A stretch of DNA of 61,321 nt, filler included, from Chiloscyllium plagiosum (lineage: Eukaryota), in the NCBI RefSeq assembly GCF_004010195.1. It is 3 parts of one record of this genome, joined end to end, with 100 filler letters (N's around TTAATTAATTAA, not from the genome) between each part and the next. Parts side by side here need not be neighbours in the genome. Positions count along the whole stretch, not along the records: positions 1 to 25,294 come from NC_057715.1; positions 25,395 to 50,390 come from NC_057715.1; 1 more part is not named here. One strand, written 5' to 3'. This document shows, in pieces, positions 11,842-25,604 of this stretch. Each line of letters begins with the position of its first letter. Within the stretch, counting starts at the first letter, position 1. A program made the translations under genes and the position numbers. The notes beneath the pieces were generated by a model, which saw only the letters and a program-made list of their open reading frames with translations, was not told where the DNA came from and ran no database searches.

Positions 11842-14800
11842 AACTTACTAACCATGTCTCCTAAATTCTCATCCAAGTTGTTTATATAAATGACAAATGA
11901 CAGTGGACCCAGCACAATCTGCGTGGAACACAGCCCAAAAGCAATCTTCCACCACCACCCCCTGTGTCCTACTGGTAAGCCAATTTTGCATCCAATGCAA
12001 AAGCTCTCCCTGAATCCCATGTGATCTAAAAGGTCAACCATGTGGAACCTTGTCAAAGAATTTCTTCAATTTTCTCCAAAGCTACAACCCTGCAAAAATT
12101 CAGTTTGTGTCCTGTTCTGACTGCATGCATATCTTTAAATTCCTTTACCCCACCTCTTGCAGTCATGCCTTCATCTGTGTAGCCTCCAAATTCTGGAATT
12201 CCCTCTCTAAACTTCTCTGCAAACTTTAAGGTGATCTTTAAAACCTACCACTTTGACACAGCTTTTGGTTCATTATTATGATTTTTTTCTCAGTGTCTTT
12301 CCCATCACTTAACAAAACGTTAGTACTTCTCAGTGGTGCACAAGTGGAAGTTTAATATTCATATTTGTTTCTTCATCAGTTCCCAAGATAGAAAGAGAAA
12401 AAGTTGTGGAGTCTTAAAATATATCCTCTGGTACAAATCAGATACTTAAATTTTGTATACGGTACTGAATTTAATGCAAATTATTTCAGATATTAATAAA
12501 GGCAACAGCCTAAGGATCAATGATTCAATGCTTCTTTTGCAATGCTTATATGTTAATTATTCATTGGAGTTCAATGTTTAAACTGCAAGAAACACACAGT
12601 TGCTCAACCCAGTAATGTTAAATCCTGGTTAAACAAACGCAAATGTACAAGTACAACTACATATTTGACAACAAGTTTTGTATTTAAACTAATTTTACAG
12701 GGCTGACTCTGCACATGCTTTTGAAATGGTGAAAGATATTTCTTGTGATGTACAATAATTTTTCATAATACTTCAAGCCATCCTAATCTGAAACGTGCAA
12801 GATCTCACAAAAATAGGACTTAACATTGATTATGTGAACTGTTTGCTCCATTGTACTTCAATATGCCCTATTGTATTAATACAACACAGTGAACACATTT
12901 TGTATAATCTTACAGCATATACCAAGTCGACTAAAAACTTGTTCAAAATTGCTGTCCAACTTGTATGTTTTATTCCATAATCAATTGATCACATACAGTA
13001 ATCAATAAAGGAAATAAAAATGACGTCTAGCTTCCAGATTAATTGGAATTAGAGTGTTGAGGAATGATGAATCTAGGGACATTAAGATACAATTAAATCT
13101 TCAGCTTAAGATCATTAAATTATGAGCAGAATATACGTATATTATATATTCATTGTAAATGGATACCTCCCCATTTATAAAGATGACTGATTAAATAATA
13201 ACACACTGCTGCCCCCACCGCAAAACCTCCATTGAACACAGAGCCTCTACCGTGAGAAAGAGTGCAACTGCAGCATGACAAATTGACTGACAGTTTTCAT
13301 TACAAATGTGATGGTAGAAATTTATAATACAAAAGTTGGTATGAAATACACACAGATAGACTTTTCAAAAACGTATTACTATAAATGGATAGTCATGAGA
13401 AAACTGAGGTCTACACTAGAAGTTGAAAGTTTTAGTGAGATTTGGGAGGAATGGTCTAGTGTCACTGAATATTGTCGCATGTGTAATTAATCAATGGAAA
13501 GATGTAGCTTTAGCACTCATGCTGCTCAGCTCCCAATCTATGTCATGGATAAAACCACAGAAACAGCTAAGGTTGTAGACAGGTGATTCAACCAATCACA
13601 GCAAATGAGATGGCTCTGTTTATTTCCCCATAATTCTGTATTTAAATATTTATCAATTCTTCCTTCAATGATAAAATGGGTTTTAACCCAAATATTCTCT
13701 TTGGCAAAGTATTTCATATGGTAACACCCTGTAAAAGGTTCTCACCTCATTCTTTTTGTGAATATGTTAAATAAGATTTATTTGTCATTTAATTAGAAAT
13801 CAGAAGAAATAGATTGACTAGGAAAAGACTATCAAAATGGTTGCTTGGCTGTACAGAATTTGAATGTTATTGAAGAGAGACAGATGCATGTCCGACATTC
13901 CTAAGGACAAATGTAAGAATGACAACATTTAAACTGTCACAACAAATTTCAGGATGGGAAAAATGGAGAAGGTAATGGGGGACTATAGGCTCTTATAACT
14001 CCTGGTTAATTTGAAAGGCACACAATTGAACATAGTCCTTCTTTATTGTAGAGAATACACCTATATTTGAATGTACATTGTTTCTAGCAAGTGTAAATGA
14101 GCTATCAAACTATTTCAAATGATTTTAAAACACTTAAATGCCAATTTAGCTTTTTCCAGGACAAGTAGAATATTTCAACTCCATTCCACAGGATTTTAGA
14201 ACACAGGAAGAGGTCACTCAGTCCACTGTACCACAGTCAATTCTTTGCAAGACTAGTAATGCTTTGCCCACAAACCATTTTTTTGTTGACAACCCTGGAA
14301 ACTCTTCATCCTCAAATACTTGTCCAACTCGCTTTCAACAGTGCTAACGGAATGAGTTTTCACCAAATTTTCAGGTAGTCTGTGCCAAACATCTCTTTTG
14401 AAATATCTCTCCTCATCTTCCCTTCAGATCTTTCTAATGATTTTGAATCTATAACTTCTAATTATTGGCCCACTTATTTCCAGTGAATATTTTTTCTCTA
14501 CCTATTCCATAAAAACCTTTTCTCATACTAAAACCCTCTTAACTTTCTTAGTTCCAAAGAGCAAATTTATAACACTTCATAACAATAATTTCTCATTCCA
14601 GTAGTCATTTTGGCGAATACATGTTGTAGGCTCTTGAAGACTCTCCATATGTTTTAATATGGTGCGAGAACAAAACAAACATATTAGTATTCTTACTTTC
14701 AGATAAGAGTTATATTATTAGTTCTCCAAGAACATGAATGCATTGTTATATCTTTCTAAACATTTCGTGTAACAAAAACATTCAATGGAATCTCGACTTT

Positions 14801-15044
14801 TCTTCATTTTAGTACATTTCTACAAGAATCAAAATTCTTAATTCTGGGTTTTGCATTTATTTTCCATACAGCTCCAAATTTCCCTCGTCATTCATTCTAA
14901 ATAAGCTAAGAAATATTGAATATTAATTTCCATTTCTTTATGCACTTTATTGTCACAATATTAACTCCAATGACATAATATTCAAATGTTGTCAAAACTG
15001 CAATTTCCCAGTATCTCAATTTCAATCAAGTAAACCATTAATCA

Positions 15045-15269
<225 letters not shown>

Positions 15270-16138
15270 TCAGGCATCAAGTTACATTTTCTCTATTGCT
15301 CTAACTCCTAATGCAAAATAGAACATTGTAAAAAGCAAGTATAACATGAATAATGAGTGCTATATAATTCAAACAATAGCCAGGATCAGGGTTACTATGA
15401 TTGATATAGTTAATGCAGCCCTTATAAGTGTTCACTTTGAACAAAACTTCAAATATCATTGTACTGAACCAATATTAACTTCCTGACAATAGTGCTTTTT
15501 GCTATTCTCCAGATAACTATAATAGCATTCGGTTGTTGTTGCAGAGAACCCAATATTTGAATTTAGTTTAAAAAATATAAACAAAGCTAGTAAAGATCAT
15601 CGTGAACTAATCAGGTTGACATAAGAACTATTTTGACCACTAGGATGTCTAAGATGGTTATGCTTTAATCTGTCTCTTTGTTTACTGTAAAACAAATGCT
15701 CTCAAGAGAGGGAATAATATAACTTGTAATAAAGACTCATGTAATTTGGTTACCATGATGACAATGGGCCTTTCTCAAGCCCAATTTAAAGTCCGGTTTC
15801 AGTGTTAAAGTCTAAACATTGCCGAAAAGGTTGCAATTCTGGGCTTCTTTCAGACTCATGGGCTACCAGAATCTGTCATAAACAACATTCTGCGGAAACT
15901 GATACAGCTACATAAGGATGGACAGAAAGTTTGTTTTTAGGGAACCTGCATTGTGAATAGTTAGAGATCAGAGAACCATTAAAAAAACCATTCAAATGAA
16001 TGCCTATTTGATTATATTCCAAGTGCTGAGTGATGTGGACTTTGATTATGAGAAAGCTAGAAGATTCACTTTAGTGAGAAAAGGGAAAAAGCATCCTGTT
16101 AGAGTTGGAAAGAGCTTTGAACTTTAGTTCAAGACTTC

Positions 16139-16969
16139 AGGCTAGATTTCACTTGTCCCTTCCAGATGTCTTTTCAGTAGTGGGTAGGAAGGCTCATAAA
16201 ATCAGTAAATAAGGTGAGGTGGGTAGCTCACCACTTCCCATCGATCTTCTAAGTTCATCCATTAATCTGCTAGGTTACTATCAGGATACAAAACTGGCAG
16301 GCAGTCCCATTGTCATGTATAAATAAAGGTCAATTGAGCTTGTTAGTTTCCTGAATTATATGCTGCACATACTAAAATATGGTTGTCATGATTTGGAGAT
16401 GCCGGTGTTGGACTGGGGTGTACAAAATTAAAAATAATACAGCACCAGGTTATAGTCCAACAGTTTTATTTGGGAGCACTAGCTTTCGGAGCACTGCTCC
16501 TTTCACAACCACCTGATGAACTAAAATATGGCTGGCATGGACAGGAGGTTCATGTCAATTTTTTTTAATTTCACACATGATAAAAAGCAGGAAGTTCGGT
16601 CATTTGGGAACACCCTGCCAAGATGTCACCCCCCAAATTTCCTTCATCACACTCACATCTCCATCTGGTGATCTCTAGGATTGCTCTCCATTCTTAAACT
16701 CCAGGACTTACCTTTCTGGGTAGCCATGATCCTGTTTATGCTTCATTCTGCATTCTAAGTAGTGCACCACTGAGCTCTGAAGTACCTGATTGGCTGGCAG
16801 TTCCTGAGGGCAGTACCTCCTCCCACTGAGGGCCAGAAGTGCTACTGTTTAACTTAATGAGCCTGCTGCCGTGACCACAGGACAGGTTTCCGAGTATGTC
16901 AGCTATCGGTGATCTTCCTTCTGGGATGTAAAGTTGGGGGCAGTTTCCACCCACTGTAAAACATAGCGC
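16139..16969. mobile_element. Possible ancient non-autonomous DNA transposon
   Basis: Weak terminal inverted similarity (gggctagatttc / gtaaaacatagcgc) and a GC shift relative to the flanks. Confidence 0.3.
16387..16519. mobile_element. PLE-terminus element (family C) with a short inverted arm
   Basis: Flanks actaaaatatggttgtcatg (16371-16390) / actaaaatatggctggcatg (16520-16539). Minus strand has GGAGCAGTGCTCCGAAAGCTA; plus strand ends CTGATGAA. Confidence 0.72.
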
Positions 16970-17989
16970 TACATTTCTACAGAGCTTGTGATACAATATG
17001 TAAATATAATATGGAGTTGTGTTAAGTTAAGGAATGGATAACATTCCTGTAGTTTAATGCCTTTTTTCTGGTTTCCAAAATATTTATTGCCTACCAACTA
17101 ACATTTATTCATTTTGATTTTTACATTGTTTATTAGAGTACAGATATTAAGGTGTGAAATATTTCATGCAGTTCTTTCCATAGGTTACAGGAAAATTCAT
17201 CTCAAGTTATCATTCTCTCAAAGGAATCGTACCAACTCCCAATTAGTTCATGAAAGCCTTGAGGGAAGGAAACTTGCTTGGTATGGTTTATATGTGATTC
17301 TAACCCACCACCAACTTGGTTGACCTTCTAATGTGCAGAATTCTTTTTCTACTATGTTTACACAAATATACCGAAAAGAAGGAAAAAGTATAAATGCTAG
17401 GAACTGAAAATAAACACACAGAATGTCAGTGAAAATTTGTTAAAATGAGGATATGATACTTTGGATAAAAAACTATTTTGATACAGGATAAATATTCAGA
17501 GCTTTATAGCCTGTGAATGATGCACTGAGAATTTTGAACATCTGTTGCTTTTAATCTGATTATATTGATTGACTAGGATACAAATAATCTCTAATGCTAT
17601 GGGAGGCAGCAATTAACTAAAAGTGGTGCCATTAGGAAATAGCTGTTTGGCTTTTGCAATGTCAGTGAGCAGTATTGGTGGATAGCAGAACACTTATCAG
17701 CACTTCAATAGTTCATCTAAGGTGTGACAATGCTCTCATGGACTGCTTGGCCCCTCATCTTGTTCAGTACGTATACCTGCATTGGTTTAAGGCTGGAGTC
17801 AATGATCTGACTTTATGAAATGGTCTACATAAACTACTTAAAATGTTGCTTAATGGGCACCCCTAACTGGTCCCAACAAGCCATCCTTCTGAAATAACAA
17901 CTTTGGGATTATTTGACTAGAACCCCTGAGGTTTGGAAGAGTTCTTCTATATTCTGACAGAAGGTTATCGACTTGAAGTGCCAATTACA

Positions 17990-18792
17990 AACATATGAAT
18001 TAGGAGAAGGAGTAAGTCAATCAGCTCCTCCAGGCTTCTCTGCATTTAAAAGATCATGGCTGATCTGACTATAACCTCAAATCTGCATTCTAGTTCACCC
18101 TTAATAATTCCCTTGCTAAACAAGAATCTATCCATTTCTACCTTAAAAAATATTCAAGGTCTCAGCTTTCAGTACCTTTTCAGGAAGACAGAGTTCCAAA
18201 GATTAAGGATGTTTCCAGGGTTGGAGGATTTGAGTTGTAGGGAGAGGCTGAACAGGCTGGAGCTGTTTTCCTTGGAGTGTTGGAGGCTGAGGGGTGACCT
18301 GATAGAGGTTTACAAAATTATGAGGGGCATGGATAGGCTAAATAGACAAAATCTTTTCCCTGGGGCCAGGGAGTTCAGAACTAGAGGGCATAGGTTTAGG
18401 GTGAGAGGGGAACGATATAAAAGAGACCTAAGGGGCAACTTTTTCCACGCAGAGGGTGGTACGTGTATGGAATGAGCTGCCAGAAGATGTGGTGGAGGAT
18501 AGTACAATTGCAACATTTAAGAGGCATTTGGATGGGTATATGAATAGGAAGTGTTTGGAGGGATATGAACTGGGTGCTGGCAGGTGGGACTAGATTGGGT
18601 TGGGGTATCTGGTCAGCATGGACCGAATGGTCTGTTTCCATGCTATACATCTCTATGACTCTATTTGTGAACCATTGAAAGGGAAAAAAAAATCTCATCT
18701 CTAACTTAAATAGAAAACCCTGACTTTTAAACAGTAGTTCCCAATTCTAGATTCTCTAAAAGAGGAAACATCTGCTCCACAATCTGCCATGT
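17990..18792. mobile_element. Minus-strand CR1 3' fragment with a younger plus-strand CR1/HER1 3' fragment nested at about 18205-18663
   Basis: RMFPGLEDLSCRERLNRLELFSLE..RLRGDLIEVYKIMRG..TRGHRF and a ctctatgactcta tail. Confidence 0.88.
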
Positions 18793-19928
18793 CAGCGAAT
18801 GTGGGCAGTTTTGGAGACTAGTGCATACTTTCCATGCTTTAGGATTCCTGCTTCAGCCATGAAATAATACATTCCTAAAAACGAGCAAAACATTGCATAA
18901 TGAAAATAGAATGTGTTGCAAATATTCAGCATTATGAAAGCATCTTTGAAGAAACAGAAAGAGTGTAGCAAGATATTTTGCAAGTAGTGCCTGCAATAAA
19001 GTAGCATTCAACTAATTAAGAGAACACAAGCATTCACAAAGAAAAAGAACAACCATTCATGAGGGATACAAGTACAAATGGTGCAAAGTGACTTCCTATC
19101 TTCAACTGGAATGTGTTAGGAAAATTCTAAGAGAGCACCTGCAATAGTCATTCAGCACACATCTCATGGCAAACAACTCTGACCAGGGGCTGCTGGCCTG
19201 TTTCCTTAATGAGGTTTGGTGAAACAAACCAAAAATGGAGAAAAGAGAGACAGAAAGAAAATAACTTAACAAATAGGAAATCATATGCACATGTCTACCA
19301 GACATAATGGAAACATACAAATTATGTCAAAGCATAATTATGCTGTAATAATGATGCTCAGGCATCAATGAAGTTGGCGAATGAACTGGTTAACTACGAA
19401 AGCCATTTTGATGTGATGTCACTGTTTGAAGAAAATGTGCAAATGCATGATAGCCTGGAGTTCCGAAAAGCTTTTTTTCTCACTGCAGATGAGTATTTCC
19501 AGCATCTGCAGACTTTTGTTTTTGTATATAGAACTGAAAATGTTTAAAAAGCTAATGGTTAGTGATTATAATCTGATAAAGACAATACCATAATTTTAGT
19601 TCAATGGTAGTTAAAAAGTAAAAATGCTATAAAATATGAAGAACATGGAGCAAGTTAAAAATGGTCTCCTTTAAAATAGCTGAAAAATATCAATTGTTCT
19701 TAAAGAAAAAAGAAGCATTGTACAGAAAGTTAAGAAACTAAAATAACTTATCTCATAACTAATTCTTGGATGAGAGCCCAGATTTCAACACATTACACTC
19801 CACACCAAATCACTTAGCCAGTATTTTTGATTTTCAAACAAAACCGTTTTAGTTAGTCGAAACAACAGTTACCGACATCATGAGCTACATGGTTAATTGC
19901 AAAGTGTCACGCTCTGTCACTTATGCTA

Positions 19929-20105
<177 letters not shown>

Positions 20106-21862
20106 TTAAATGGAGTTCCAAACATTTATAATGTACAAGTTTTATTTTTGTTCTGAGAGAGTGAAATAAGCTATCATATTACATATACATGTTGCACAGC
20201 TTTTAAGACAGTTTTGCTAATTGATGAAACACTCTGAAAGGGTCGATATACATTCTGCCCTTTACATCAGACTTCTATTGTGCTCATTGTATATGGTTAG
20301 TTATTAAATACATGACAATTTAATGTACCTCATAAAACAAAATGAACAAGCAGCACCATACCAGTTAAATTTCAACTGACAACAGTCATAAATTAAATGG
20401 CGTGCAAGCCTTAAATCACAGAAGTAAAATATTGGGTCATACATCATATTACAAGCAGCATTCTCAGATTCAGTGATTAAAGGTCAACTTTAAAAAAAAA
20501 CTCAAGCTTGACATTGTGAGATTACTTCATGTTTCCAACTCATTGTCAAAGCCAGAATTTCTCTACACAGCTGTACCAACAACTTGTGCAAGCATTTCAC
20601 TGGAAGGTATCTTTTGGTAAACTACACTTCCATTCCTGACCTCAGTTCATCTTTCCTAACATGGAAATAATACAAAGCAGTCAGTTATGTTGTGTAGCAA
20701 GCCATCATCTTCAGAGATTATACTGATAATATATTGCCAGGCTGTGCAGGGTTTTGAAGTTGAAGGCATGGAATTTTAACTCAATTCATTGGTGAATAGG
20801 AGTCAGTGGAAGTCAACAAAGTTACAGATGAATGTTTTAGAAAATAATGTCAAATAAGGTCAAGCTGGAATGTTTAGAGGGTAAAGGATAGAAATCCAGG
20901 AAAGCGAACATCCCAGAGTGCCCAAACTATGGCAAGAATTCTGATAGTGATAGGATAAGCAGAGCAAATGTACTTTGCAATATAATTTTCATCCAACGTG
21001 GTCAAACTAAGAAAATGAATACGGCATCTGTTCCAGGCTTCTTCTGATGAACTTATAACTGATTGCAAGGAGAAGAGAAAGCAATTTAGGGTGGTGAACT
21101 GTCAGGTTTGGAACATTTTGATGAGAAACCATTATTCACATTCCCCTTTGATGGAACATAAGACAAAAAAAGTGATAGAAATCATTGAATACTTAACCGG
21201 ATATCAATTGGTTTACATTTCTCTAGTTACAGTTAATAATTAATAGTTAATAACCCTGTTCATGTGTGTGCTTGGAGCCATTACAGTACACATGCTATTT
21301 CATGAACTTCAATTCCATGAAATTTCATAGAGGGTTTCTCTCCATGAGCAAGCTCTTTCACACAAGTACCCACCATATGTGCACACCAGCCCTATTGCAC
21401 TGCATTTGCACCATCGTGAGCTCACCAGTGGCAGAAGTACTTCCATTTCTAGGATTATTTCAGGATTTCTGCCATTAGTGCCATGTTTAAAACCTCATGA
21501 TGCATCAATTCAAATGTTTCCAGCCCTTCACAGTATATGTAGTGGGATAGAAACTAATTAGCAAAGCAATTAGTTTAGCAATATATTGGCAGTTGACTCA
21601 TATCTGCAGTTCACTGAGTGACATCCCAGTAATCCCTAGACAGATTGCACTGGACCTCTAAGACTTGATGACTATAGCCCATTCCGCAGGCTGTAATGAT
21701 ACAGACCCTGAATCTGACTGTACTCAAGCCCCCTGCATGTTGATAGTCCCCCAACTTGACCAAGGACTATATCCCTTAGACTTTGAGACATGGTCATTTC
21801 ATTGAAGCACAATAAGTTTGCTGCATAAGCTACTGGCTTTCTCTCTGCACTAAAAGGCATAG

Positions 21863-22596
21863 TGTTATGAAGTTTAAGGCATGTACCATACCTTTAAGAG
21901 AGGATGAGAGCTGAAAGCTGGCAAGCACCTGTCATGTCGCAGAGTGTGCTGGAAAATTGAAAGATGTAACATTTTGGCTGTAATCTAGATACTAATTGTT
22001 TTCACAGCAGTTTGACTTTAACCAGTTTAAATTATGCCCCAAGATACTAAAACCTAATCCAATTTGAATTTTACTGCTTTGACAACATTGAACCAATGAG
22101 ACAACCTGATGTTTGGAGTATAAAAAGCAAACATTTTGGACAGTTAGCCATAAAGAGCACCACCCGTCAATGTCAGGCAGACTGCCCTAAAACTCTGTCA
22201 AAGGTACCTTTCTCATATGAAACATCTTTACAGCAGAAGACCAAAGACTGCCCAGAGAGATCTACAAACAGAGGAAGATCAACATTGGAGACAACAGCCA
22301 CTGTCTGGTTTTGAAAATTAAATTGCTGTAAATTTAATAAGGGCTTTATTGGATTAGTATATTGTTATAGAGCAGGAGGTAGATACCAAATCTTTAAGAG
22401 AAAGGAGACTTAGAGTTGTAAATAGTTGTTGTTTAAAGTTCACTTTAGAGATAAAAGAATAAAATTGATATTTTTTGTTAAATAGTGGGATTTGGGTAGT
22501 TCCCTGTCACTCATACTTTAATAGATTATGGGGCAAGGTGAGTTTTTCTGTATGTTTGGTTTAATTAGCAAAAGGCTCTACTGCTGTGTTGTAACA
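21863..22596 (+). mobile_element. Solo LTR (734 bp) of an LTR retrotransposon or ERV
   Basis: Termini TGTTA...TAACA; perfect 4-bp TSD ATAG (21859-21862 and 22597-22600); CCAAT 22093, TATAAAA 22119, AATAAA 22458. Confidence 0.85.
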
Positions 22597-23454
22597 ATAG
22601 CAAGACACAAGTACTGCGAGACATTAAATTCTGAATGAGGCAGTAATGCACAAGGCACAGCAGAGATGGTGTGGGCATCCACATAGGTGCAAGGTGAGTG
22701 AGTACTAAGAAAGCAAGCAAAGAACCAAGGAACACCATTTTTTCCTGAAGCATGAGATGTGTGCCTGTCCCTTTGTGCAAAGTGGCTTAGCAACAACATT
22801 GCAATCTGTGTTGGTCAGCTTCAAGTGCAGTAGCTAATAATAAACTGTATTATGAGAATCCAAGATGTGCTAAGATGATGTGTTAAGACGGTGCTTTGCA
22901 GATGGCAACCTCCACGGTCAGGGGGTACAGGCAATTGCTACCCACTTAAAGCATACCCTGAAATGTTGGGAAATTCTGGCCAAGATGGACAGCTTGAAGA
23001 AGCAAAAAACGGGACACAGTCACCAGGTACCTGCTCAGATTTTCATGTTAGGATTTGCAGCCATTTAGTGCTTCTCTCTGCTGCCTGGGAAAAGAACAAC
23101 TTGCATTTAAATGAAGCAAGAATAGGTAAGAATGAGCTATTAATACATGCAAGTTGCCTCTCACCAGTGAGATTCACATCTCACCATTAAAAGCTGAAGT
23201 GGAAAATTGGATTTTTTATTCTTAATAGAAAATAATAAGACTTCCAGCATCTTGTCACATTTTCCCCCATCAGAATCACGTGTATCTGTTGTTCAAGGGT
23301 TGGAAAAAGTCCGCTGCTTATTTTCAATCTTAATCAGATTAAAAATTACCTCATTTATCTTTAGAATATTCCTGCAGTGGATGATGCCGGAAAGGGGGTC
23401 CTTGCTATGAATGAATTATCCACAAATCCAGCAGCAAAGATGATTTTTTTAGTG

Positions 23455-23790
23455 TTTTTCCTTATTCATTCATGGGATGTGGGCATTACTGGATAGACTA
23501 GTATTTATTGTTTATCCCTAATTGCCCAGGGGGCAGTTAGGAGTCAAACACATGTAAGACATACGAGGTGAAGATGGCACATTTCTTTCCCAAAAGATTG
23601 AGAGTGAAACAAATGAACTTTAAACAACAGTTGACATGCTAGTCATAGATGCGCATTTCATTTCAGAATTTTTAAAATTCAAATTTCACCATCTGCCATG
23701 GTGAGATTTGAACCAGTGCACCCCAGAACATTTGCCTGGAGTTCTAAATTACTAATCTGGTCACATTATCACAACACCACTGCCTTCCCC
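23455..23790 (-). mobile_element. Old SINE, same family as 3992-4334
   Basis: ttattcattcatgggatgtgggc tail and tRNA-like head (ggtgagatttgaacc...caccactgccttccc) in reverse orientation. Confidence 0.72.
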
Positions 23791-24114
23791 CAGTGAGTTG
23801 TAAGACTTCGAATTCACCGCTTTGATAGACTTTTATTGAAATTTCCAGATGGAAGTGAGTTGCACGTCAGAATCTGCAATTTCCTGGCAATTGACAGGAA
23901 TTCAGATGTTTCCAGGATTCTGCACAGTCCAGATGCAAAACGTCAAACCCTATTTCTGGCCATCAGAATATTTGAGTCAATGAAATTTCTTCTTGTAATC
24001 ACAAATCATCATAATTATTTATTTATTGGGTTGTTGAATTAATCAAAATACTGAAGAAATTAGTTTGAATGTTTAAGATATTCAAGGGAAACAGTTGTGT
24101 CAGAAATGGCCATT

Positions 24115-25165
24115 TCATATAAAAAACAGAAAACACTGTGCAGATCTGGCAGTATCTGTGAAGGGAGAATTAGAGTTCTGTGAAGGGAGAATCTGATCCT
24201 TCTTCAGACCTGAAGAAGGGTTGCAATATGATGGGCTTTATGTCAATGGAGAGTGGGGGAGTGAGGTGCAAAACGAAGGGTAATTCTGAGATGGGTTAAA
24301 GAGTAAATGACAAAGGGTCATGGAACAAAAAAAGCAAAAGGAGTGGTGATGGCTGAGAAAAGAGCCAAAGCATTTGTCAAGAGTTACTGTAAATGCTCGA
24401 GGGAAGAACAGAGCAGTCCAAAACTAAAGACAAAAAAAAAATTAAAATCATCACACGGCAGAAACAAGCAACAAAATGGAAGACAAACTTGTGACTTTGA
24501 GTTCAGCAACTGGCAAGACCAGAAAGCTGTGAAATACCTAATTTGAAATGAGATGCTGTTCGGTGAGTCTGTGTTAAGCTTCCCTGGAGCACAGCAGCAG
24601 GTCGAGGACATAAATGTGTTAGAAGGAGGTAGTAAATTAAAATGGCAATCAGCCAAAAGTTCAGGGTTATGCTTGTTGACCTGGAGAAAAAAAGGTCTGC
24701 AAAGCAGTCACCCCATCTGGGTTTGGTCTGCCTGATGCGGAGGTGACTGCAGTGTCAGTGCAGAAATACAGGATAGAAATTGGAAGTAGGACAAGTAAAT
24801 TGCTGCAGCATTTGAAACAAGTGTTTGAAGCTCTGAACAGCTTAGAGAGGACAGGTTTAACATCTCCTGAGACTGCATGACAAGCTGCTTTGGGAAAGAG
24901 ATGAGGTTGAGTGTAATTGAAAAGTGAATCAGGGTGTTTCTGAGGGAATGGTTACTTTGGGATGCGCCCTAAGAGAGGGCAAGATGTGTTTAGTATCATG
25001 ACGGGGGATCAAACTGGTGGAGGACAATCTTGTGAATGTGCAAACTATTAGAGTGGAAGGTGAGGAACAGGGTAACACCCCTCGCAGTTTTAGCTGAGAG
25101 CAGACAGCTGAGAGCAGAGGGATGGGAAATGAGTCGGATGTGGGTCAAGCTCTGTCAACCAGTGT
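24115..25165 (-). mobile_element. Penelope-like element remnant with GIY-YIG endonuclease fragment
   Basis: Minus-strand translation near 24540-24770 gives LRIRQTKPRWGDCFAD (decayed YIGETKRRLGDRFAEH), HFN and EQHLI; PLE terminus near 24120-24220. Confidence 0.72.
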
Positions 25166-25255
25166 GACAGTGAGTGTGTAAGACTGAAAGTGTAAGAGGT
25201 GTGAGAGATAGAGACTATGAGCTGAGAGAAAAGAGAGTATGAGATGAGAGTATAA

Positions 25256-25294
<39 letters not shown>
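25160..25294. repeat. GA-rich low-complexity tract ending in a (GA)n microsatellite
   Basis: Pure (GA)n from about 25259 to the gap. Confidence 0.95.
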
Positions 25295-25394
25295 NNNNNN
25301 NNNNNNNNNNNNNNNNNNNNNNNNNNNNNNNNNNNNNNTTAATTAATTAANNNNNNNNNNNNNNNNNNNNNNNNNNNNNNNNNNNNNNNNNNNN
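25295..25394. other. Assembly gap with artificial linker
   Basis: 44 N + TTAATTAATTAA + 44 N. Confidence 0.97.
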
Positions 25395-25604
25395 ACAGAC
25401 AGCTGGAACTGACAACCGGAAGCGGCAGATTCAAACCTCTACAAATGCTGGAGGAAAGATCACAGAAGCGCTTCACAGGAGGCTCCCAAGCACTGAGGAT
25501 GTCACCTAGACAGGGGACGAAACGTCTACAACACAAATTCTCAGCTTGGCGAACAGAACCACAACAAAGAGCACCCGAGCTACAAATCTTCTCCCAAACT
25601 TTAA
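25395..25604 (+). mobile_element. Penelope-like element terminus (family D)
   Basis: Carries the hammerhead core at 25493-25526; begins at the gap edge. Confidence 0.7.
25490..25529 (+). ncRNA. Minimal type I hammerhead ribozyme motif
   Basis: GCA-CUGAGGA-U-GUC(ACCUAGACAGGG)GAC-GAAA-CGUC-UAC. Core intact, palindromic ACGU helix III, GUC cleavage triplet, one mismatch in stem I. Confidence 0.72.

Larger units (their letters stand above)
11490..12060 (-). mobile_element. CR1 RT fragment hosting the 11544-11841 insertion
   Basis: ORF 11763..12056 contains VLGPLSFVIYINNLDENLGDMVSK; the frame continues past the TSD. Confidence 0.8.

Noticed and set aside
25339..25350. TTAATTAATTAA palindrome, also at 50435-50446
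   Set aside because: Centred identically in 44-N blocks and gives stops in all frames; an assembly linker, not biology.
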